NCBI GenBank assembly: GCA_965247115.1
Contig: CBDFGR010000002.1
Span: 1,440,001 to 1,504,000, forward strand
Length of the DNA: 64,000 bases
Reading direction: 5' to 3'
DNA from: Myxococcota bacterium
GTDB lineage: Bacteria > Myxococcota_A > UBA9160 > SZUA-336
In this document: in pieces, positions 59,358 to 64,000 of the stretch
How the letters are laid out: each line of letters opens with the position of its first letter
Numbering within the stretch: the stretch's first letter is position 1
Notes under the pieces: generated by a model
Told to the model about the DNA's origin: nothing
What the model saw: the letters and a program-made list of their open reading frames with translations, nothing else
The model's database searches: none
Program-made: the position numbers and the translations under genes

Positions 59358-60914
59358 ATGAGCTGGAAGCCCGAGGTGGACGGAATCGAGCAACGCCGTC
59401 GGCTCGCTCTATTGCAGGGCGGAGAGGACGCGATCCGCACCCAGCACGAGCGTGGCCGGCTTACGATTCGCGAACGCATCGACGGCCTATTCGACCGCGG
59501 CACATTCCAGGAGCAGGGGCCGATCGCGGGCGTATCTGACGTCGACGACAGGGGCGAGCTCATCGGCTTCAGCCCGGCGAACTACGTGCTAGGCCTCGGG
59601 CGCATCGATGGACGCCTCGTCGCGGTGGGCGGCGAGGACTTTACGCTGCGCGGCGGCTCGCCCTCTCCGGCGGGCTTCCGCAAGTCCGTAATGGCGGAGG
59701 AGCTCGCGTGCCGCTACCGGGTACCGCTCGTTCGGTTCCTCGAGGGAGGGGGCGGCAGCGTGGCCCCGGCTCGGGGACCCGCGTCCGCGGCCACCGTCGA
59801 GTCGCCAGCGACCGCACCGCGGTTCATGAGCGTGATGCAGGCCATGGGAATGGTGCCAGTCGTCGCCGGTGCCATGGGAGCCGTCGCCGGTCTTCCGGCG
59901 GCGCGGCTAGCTGCCTCGCACCTCTCGATCATGACTGGGGATACGGCGCAGGTGATGATCGGCGGGCCCGCACTCGTCGAGCGGGCAACCGGACACTCGC
60001 TCTCCAAGGAAGAGCTCGGCGGCCCGAAGGTGCACCTGAAGAGTGGCGTGGTCGACAACGTCGCTCCCGACGAGCGCGGCGTGTTCGAGCAAGCCAGGCG
60101 CTTCCTGAGCTATCTGCCAACGAACGTCTGGGAGCGCGCTCCCCTTACGAGCTGCGACGACGCGCCGGACCGCTGCGAGGAGGAGCTCCTGTCCATCATT
60201 CCCCGGGATCGCCGCAAGCCCTACAAGATGCGCAGGCTCATCGAGCTCCTCGTCGACCGCGGCAGCTTTTTCGAGATGTCGGCAGGCTACGGCCAGAGCC
60301 AGATCACCGGCCTGGCCCGTCTGAACGGCCAGCCCGTCGGTGTGCTCGCGAACGATCCCTACTTCTACGCGGGTGCCATGACGGCAGCGGGCGCGCAGAA
60401 GGTGACGCGCTTCGTCGACCTGTGCGACACGTTCCACCTGCCGATCGTGAGTCTTGCCGATGAGCCCGGCTTCATGATCGGCCCGGAGGCGGAGCGCTCG
60501 GCAACGATCCGCTACGGGACCGCCACCCTGTTTGCGATCATGCAGTCGACCGTCCCCTGGGCCACGGTCATGGTACGCAAGACCTTCGGCGTTGCAGGTG
60601 CCGCGCACTTCGGTCCACACGGACACACGCTGGCCTGGCCGTCTGCCGAGTCCGGCGCGCTACCGCTCGAGGGCGGCGTCGCCGTCGCGTACCGACGAGA
60701 GATCGCCGCCGCACCCGACCCAGAAGCCAAGCGCCGCGAGCTCGAAGAGCAGCTCGCGAGCCGCCGCTCCCCCTACGCCAGCGCCGAAGGCTTCGGTGTC
60801 TCGGACCTGATCGACCCCCGCAACACGCGCCCCGCGCTCTGCAACTGGACCGAATGGATCCAGCCCCGCCTGGAACAGCACCTGGGCCCCCGCGCCTACA
60901 CCGTTCGCCCGTGA
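59358..60914 (+). CDS. Acyl-CoA carboxylase carboxyltransferase (beta) subunit
   Basis: GRLTIRERID, EDFTLRGGS, EELGG, ADEPGFMIG, IDPRNTR; ATG 59358. Confidence 0.92.
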   Translation: MSWKPEVDGIEQRRRLALLQGGEDAIRTQHERGRLTIRERIDGLFDRGTFQEQGPIAGVSDVDDRGELIGFSPANYVLGLGRIDGRLVAVGGEDFTLRGGSPSPAGFRKSVMAEELACRYRVPLVRFLEGGGGSVAPARGPASAATVESPATAPRFMSVMQAMGMVPVVAGAMGAVAGLPAARLAASHLSIMTGDTAQVMIGGPALVERATGHSLSKEELGGPKVHLKSGVVDNVAPDERGVFEQARRFLSYLPTNVWERAPLTSCDDAPDRCEEELLSIIPRDRRKPYKMRRLIELLVDRGSFFEMSAGYGQSQITGLARLNGQPVGVLANDPYFYAGAMTAAGAQKVTRFVDLCDTFHLPIVSLADEPGFMIGPEAERSATIRYGTATLFAIMQSTVPWATVMVRKTFGVAGAAHFGPHGHTLAWPSAESGALPLEGGVAVAYRREIAAAPDPEAKRRELEEQLASRRSPYASAEGFGVSDLIDPRNTRPALCNWTEWIQPRLEQHLGPRAYTVRP

Positions 60915-60996
60915 GCTCGCGCTCAATCGTTCGCGTTCGGCCGGGGCGATCGAATAGCATGGGGTGGAGGCCCCGAGAACGGGTCGCGGAGCGTCG

Positions 60997-61929
60997 ATGG
61001 ATCTCAAGGTTCGGATCGGGGTAGGGACGGCGACGTTTCCCTTCTCGAGCGCCGGCGCATACTGGCGTTGGGTCGACCTGCTGGAGTCGAGCAACGTCGA
61101 CTCGCTGTGGCAAACGGACCGGCTGACGGGGAGGCAGCCCTTTCTCGAGGCCATGAGCGCGATGGCGGCACTGGCAGGGGCGACGGACAGGCTCAAGTTC
61201 GGGATGAACGCGGTGGTCGTGAGCCTTCGCGATCCGCTACTGCTGGCCAAGCAGTGCGCGACCATCGACTACCTGAGCGACGGGCGGCTCTTGCCCGTCT
61301 TCGGAGTCGGTGGGGACAACGCGCCGGAGTGGAAAGCCACGGGCAGGAGCCCGAGGCGTCGCGGGCGCCTGGCAGACGAAGCCCTGGAGATCATGCGCCG
61401 ACTCTGGACCGAAGAGCGCGTCAGCTTCGAGGGTGAGCACTTCCACTACCACGAGGCCAGCATCGCGCCGCGCCCGGTCCAGAAACCGCTGCCACTGTGG
61501 ATCGGCGGCAGCAGCAAGGCGGCGATCCGCCGCACCGCGCGACTCGGCACAGGCTGGCTCGCCGGCATCCAGTCTCCAGCACAGGTCAAGCCCGTCGTCG
61601 CCGCGATCAAGGAGGCGGCCGCCGAAGCCGGGCGCAAGATCGACGCAGATCACTACGGCGCCGGCATCCCCTTCTTCTTCGGGAGCTGGGACGATCCGGA
61701 GGTCGAGCAGATCGCGCGGGCCCGGGGGAGACTTCCCGGTGGAGCCGATCCCCGGAGCTACTTCGCGATCGGCGACGCCGCGGCCGTTCTCAACCGCATC
61801 CGAGAGTACCGAGACGCGGGCGCCTTCAAGTTCGTGCTGATTCCGATCGCTCGGGGAGACCGCGCGATCAGCGAGCAGACACAGCGCCTGGTCGAGGAGG
61901 TTCTGCCCGTCGCGCACGCCTGGACCTGA
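60997..61929 (+). CDS. LLM-class flavin-dependent oxidoreductase
   Basis: DSLWQTD, RDPLLLAKQCATIDYLSDGR, PLWIGG, GWL. Confidence 0.88.
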   Translation: MDLKVRIGVGTATFPFSSAGAYWRWVDLLESSNVDSLWQTDRLTGRQPFLEAMSAMAALAGATDRLKFGMNAVVVSLRDPLLLAKQCATIDYLSDGRLLPVFGVGGDNAPEWKATGRSPRRRGRLADEALEIMRRLWTEERVSFEGEHFHYHEASIAPRPVQKPLPLWIGGSSKAAIRRTARLGTGWLAGIQSPAQVKPVVAAIKEAAAEAGRKIDADHYGAGIPFFFGSWDDPEVEQIARARGRLPGGADPRSYFAIGDAAAVLNRIREYRDAGAFKFVLIPIARGDRAISEQTQRLVEEVLPVAHAWT

Positions 61930-61978
61930 TCGCGCCGCTGCGCTCAGGCCGCTGGCACGACACGCCGATCCGGTTCGC

Positions 61979-63595
61979 ATGGCCGTGTCCGAGCAAGCTC
62001 ATCCCGCGCTAGTCGTCCGCGGCTCCTGTAGCGAGTGCGGCGGTCCGTTTCGCGCCGGCATCTGGGACCACTCGTTCCACTGCGAATACTGCGGGTCTCT
62101 CCTGCTGTCGAAGCGCGAGCTGGGCGGCGAAGTGTACGTCGTCACCTCGGGGCGGAACCTCGCGGTGCTCGACGTGATCATCGCGAGGGAGTCGGATGAG
62201 CTGCGCTCCAGGCTGGCCGGGCGTTACAGGAGCGATGACGGCCTGAGCCTGGAGCTCCCCGCGTTCGTCGAGGCCAAGGTGACCACGCTCCAGGCGGAGC
62301 TGCGCGCCTCGCTCGAGCTCGTGGAGACGATCGACTTCTTCGCCCCGTACCTGGTTCGCGAGCAGACCGTCATGCAGGGCATCCTGGGCAGGCGACGGGG
62401 CCTGAAGGAGTCCTTCGTCCAGGCTTTTCTCGTGGAAGAGCTGGCGCGCCGGTACGACGCCTCGGACTTCAACCTGCGGGACCGCGGCCTCAAGATCCGG
62501 GGCCTGGAGCTGCAGCTCCTGCGCGACACTCACTTCGCCGAGAGCGAGCCCCGCTTCCTTGAGGCCAACACGGCTGCGGAGTTCGACTCGCGTCTGGATC
62601 GCTCGGCGTTTCGCGTGCGAGCCGACACCCAGATCATCAGCCGCATTCACGACACGACGCGTGAGCGCCGCCTCAGCGTCTACAAGCACATGAGCTACGC
62701 CTGCGTGAAGCGCGACGCTGCTCCCGAGCGCTACCTGATCGACCGCCAGTTCGACGGCATCGCAGGCAGGCCCTCGGCGGAGGAGGCCGAGCGGTTTCGA
62801 GCCCTGCCGCTCCGGCCGATCTCCCAGGTCCTGGTGCCACCGGACATCCGGGCGATCGCGTCGCAGTGTCCGAACTGCGGCTGGGAGCTGGAGCTGCCAG
62901 CGCGAGAGAGCATCGTCTTCTGTCCTACCTGCTGGCTCGGCGTGTCGGTGACACCGGAGGGGCTTCAGGCGCACACCTACCGGGTCGAGCAGGCGCAGCC
63001 TCTGAGCCATGACCGGCGGCTGCTCTATTTCCCGTTCTGGGCGTTTCCTTTCCGGGTGCGCGCGGAGGGCGCGCTCTACACGCGACTCTGGGACTGGCTG
63101 GCCGCAGTCTCCCCCCAGCCGCTGGCGGAGCAGTTCCGCGAGACGGACCTGCCGGAGAGCACGTTCTTCCTGCCGGCGCGCGAGGTCTTCGGCAGTCCAG
63201 AGCTGGACGACGTGTTTGCCCAGCTCACCGGTTGGGTGAACTGGCGCCAGCCCGAGCTGCTTCGGGATCGCCCGCCACCCGCCGAGCGGACGAGCGCGCT
63301 CGGCGTGGAGCTCTCGCCCGCCGAGGCCTGGAAGCTCGCTCGCTTTGCCCTGCTCGCACTGCACGACGACCAGAGCACGCGCCGCCTGAACGGCGGCAAC
63401 TTCGGCCGGTACCTGGCGGAGGCGGAGACTCTGCAGGGCTCCGCGTTCCTGGCCCTCGTCCCGCTCATCAGCAGGGGCGAGGACTGGGACCCGGGTCTCA
63501 AACTACTGGGCTCCAGCGTGCGGGGGTTTCCCATGGCCCGGATCGAGGGCAGCGCCGCCAGGGCGCGACTGACCAAGAGCTTCAACCTCGTGTGA
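61979..63595 (+). CDS. Multi zinc-ribbon protein (YdjG-like)
   Basis: CSECGG, CEYCGS, CPNCG, CPTC, LLYFPFW motif. Confidence 0.6.
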   Translation: MAVSEQAHPALVVRGSCSECGGPFRAGIWDHSFHCEYCGSLLLSKRELGGEVYVVTSGRNLAVLDVIIARESDELRSRLAGRYRSDDGLSLELPAFVEAKVTTLQAELRASLELVETIDFFAPYLVREQTVMQGILGRRRGLKESFVQAFLVEELARRYDASDFNLRDRGLKIRGLELQLLRDTHFAESEPRFLEANTAAEFDSRLDRSAFRVRADTQIISRIHDTTRERRLSVYKHMSYACVKRDAAPERYLIDRQFDGIAGRPSAEEAERFRALPLRPISQVLVPPDIRAIASQCPNCGWELELPARESIVFCPTCWLGVSVTPEGLQAHTYRVEQAQPLSHDRRLLYFPFWAFPFRVRAEGALYTRLWDWLAAVSPQPLAEQFRETDLPESTFFLPAREVFGSPELDDVFAQLTGWVNWRQPELLRDRPPPAERTSALGVELSPAEAWKLARFALLALHDDQSTRRLNGGNFGRYLAEAETLQGSAFLALVPLISRGEDWDPGLKLLGSSVRGFPMARIEGSAARARLTKSFNLV

Positions 63596-63683
63596 GAGCT
63601 CCTCAAGCTGGGCCCGGAGCACGCCGAAGCACCTCTTTGCACCTGGCGCTCTTGACCTTCGCTGACGAACGGGGAGCACGGCT

Positions 63684-64000
63684 TTGACAGATCTCAATCG
63701 AGTGATTCGCGGCCAGAGGAACGCCCTCGAGGCCCTGGTCCAGCACGTCCCCGGCTTTCGCGGCTACTTCGATCGGGAGAATCGGCGCGAGGCAGACCGT
63801 CTGGTCCGCGACTTCGGCGTGACCCGGCTCGAGCGTCTTTGCTCGGAGCTCAGCGAGACCACCAAGCAGGCTGCGCTCTCCGAGATGGACACCTATCAGG
63901 AGACGATCAACCAGGCGGAGACTCTGCGCAACGCCCTGCGCCATGCCGACCAGGGCTACTCGGGCTTTTTCGCGGAGATCAAGTGGGACGACGAGGACGC
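63684..64000 (+). CDS. Conserved helical hypothetical protein (partial, runs off the window)
   Basis: SD GGGGAG, TTG 63684: MTDLNRVIRGQRNALEALVQHVPGFRGYFDRENRREADRLVRD...ADQGYSGFFAEIKWDDED. Not in the ORF track because there is no stop. Confidence 0.75.
   Translation, partial: MTDLNRVIRGQRNALEALVQHVPGFRGYFDRENRREADRLVRDFGVTRLERLCSELSETTKQAALSEMDTYQETINQAETLRNALRHADQGYSGFFAEIKWDDED

Noticed and set aside
63603..63944. 113-aa minus-strand ORF
   Set aside because: The plus-strand frame from TTG 63684 has an SD and protein-like motifs, so this is its shadow.

Overview
This is a GC-rich (roughly 68% by eye) core-chromosome segment. Gene order and content suggest a Myxococcota/deltaproteobacterial-type organism (inference). 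Bases 1-30.7 kb hold long minus-strand housekeeping operons: yceD-rpmF-fabD-fabG-acpP-fabF-glyA-nrdR-ribD-ribH-nusB; trkA-lptE-holA; and murJ-TPR-DUF4388-phoH-7TM/HD-ybeY-lnt-prfB (programmed +1 frameshift)-lysS-lolC/E-lolD-bamA-skp. rpsT lies on the plus strand. Next come gltX, tRNA-Gln(CTG) and tRNA-Glu(CTC). The rest is a metabolic/accessory stretch: nagA, a nucleoside phosphorylase, a histone-H1-like protein, HEAT + HD-GYP, dioxygenase, amidase, MFS, Fur-boxed cytochrome c-FTR1, a frameshifted MbnH-like di-heme protein, an internally deleted SDR relic, LLM oxidoreductases, WS/DGAT, an osmoprotectant ABC transporter, M20 peptidase, carboxyltransferase and a zinc-ribbon module. I found no CRISPR array, integrase, transposase or prophage. 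The most interesting unexplained signals are: a zinc-ribbon/pseudo-receiver/RomX-like fusion; a dispersed set of sigma28-like promoters in front of non-flagellar genes; a rod-shaped candidate ncRNA after tRNA-Gln; a 240-bp inverted-repeat element; and repeated leaderless-type promoters. All family calls come from motif recognition by eye, not database searches.
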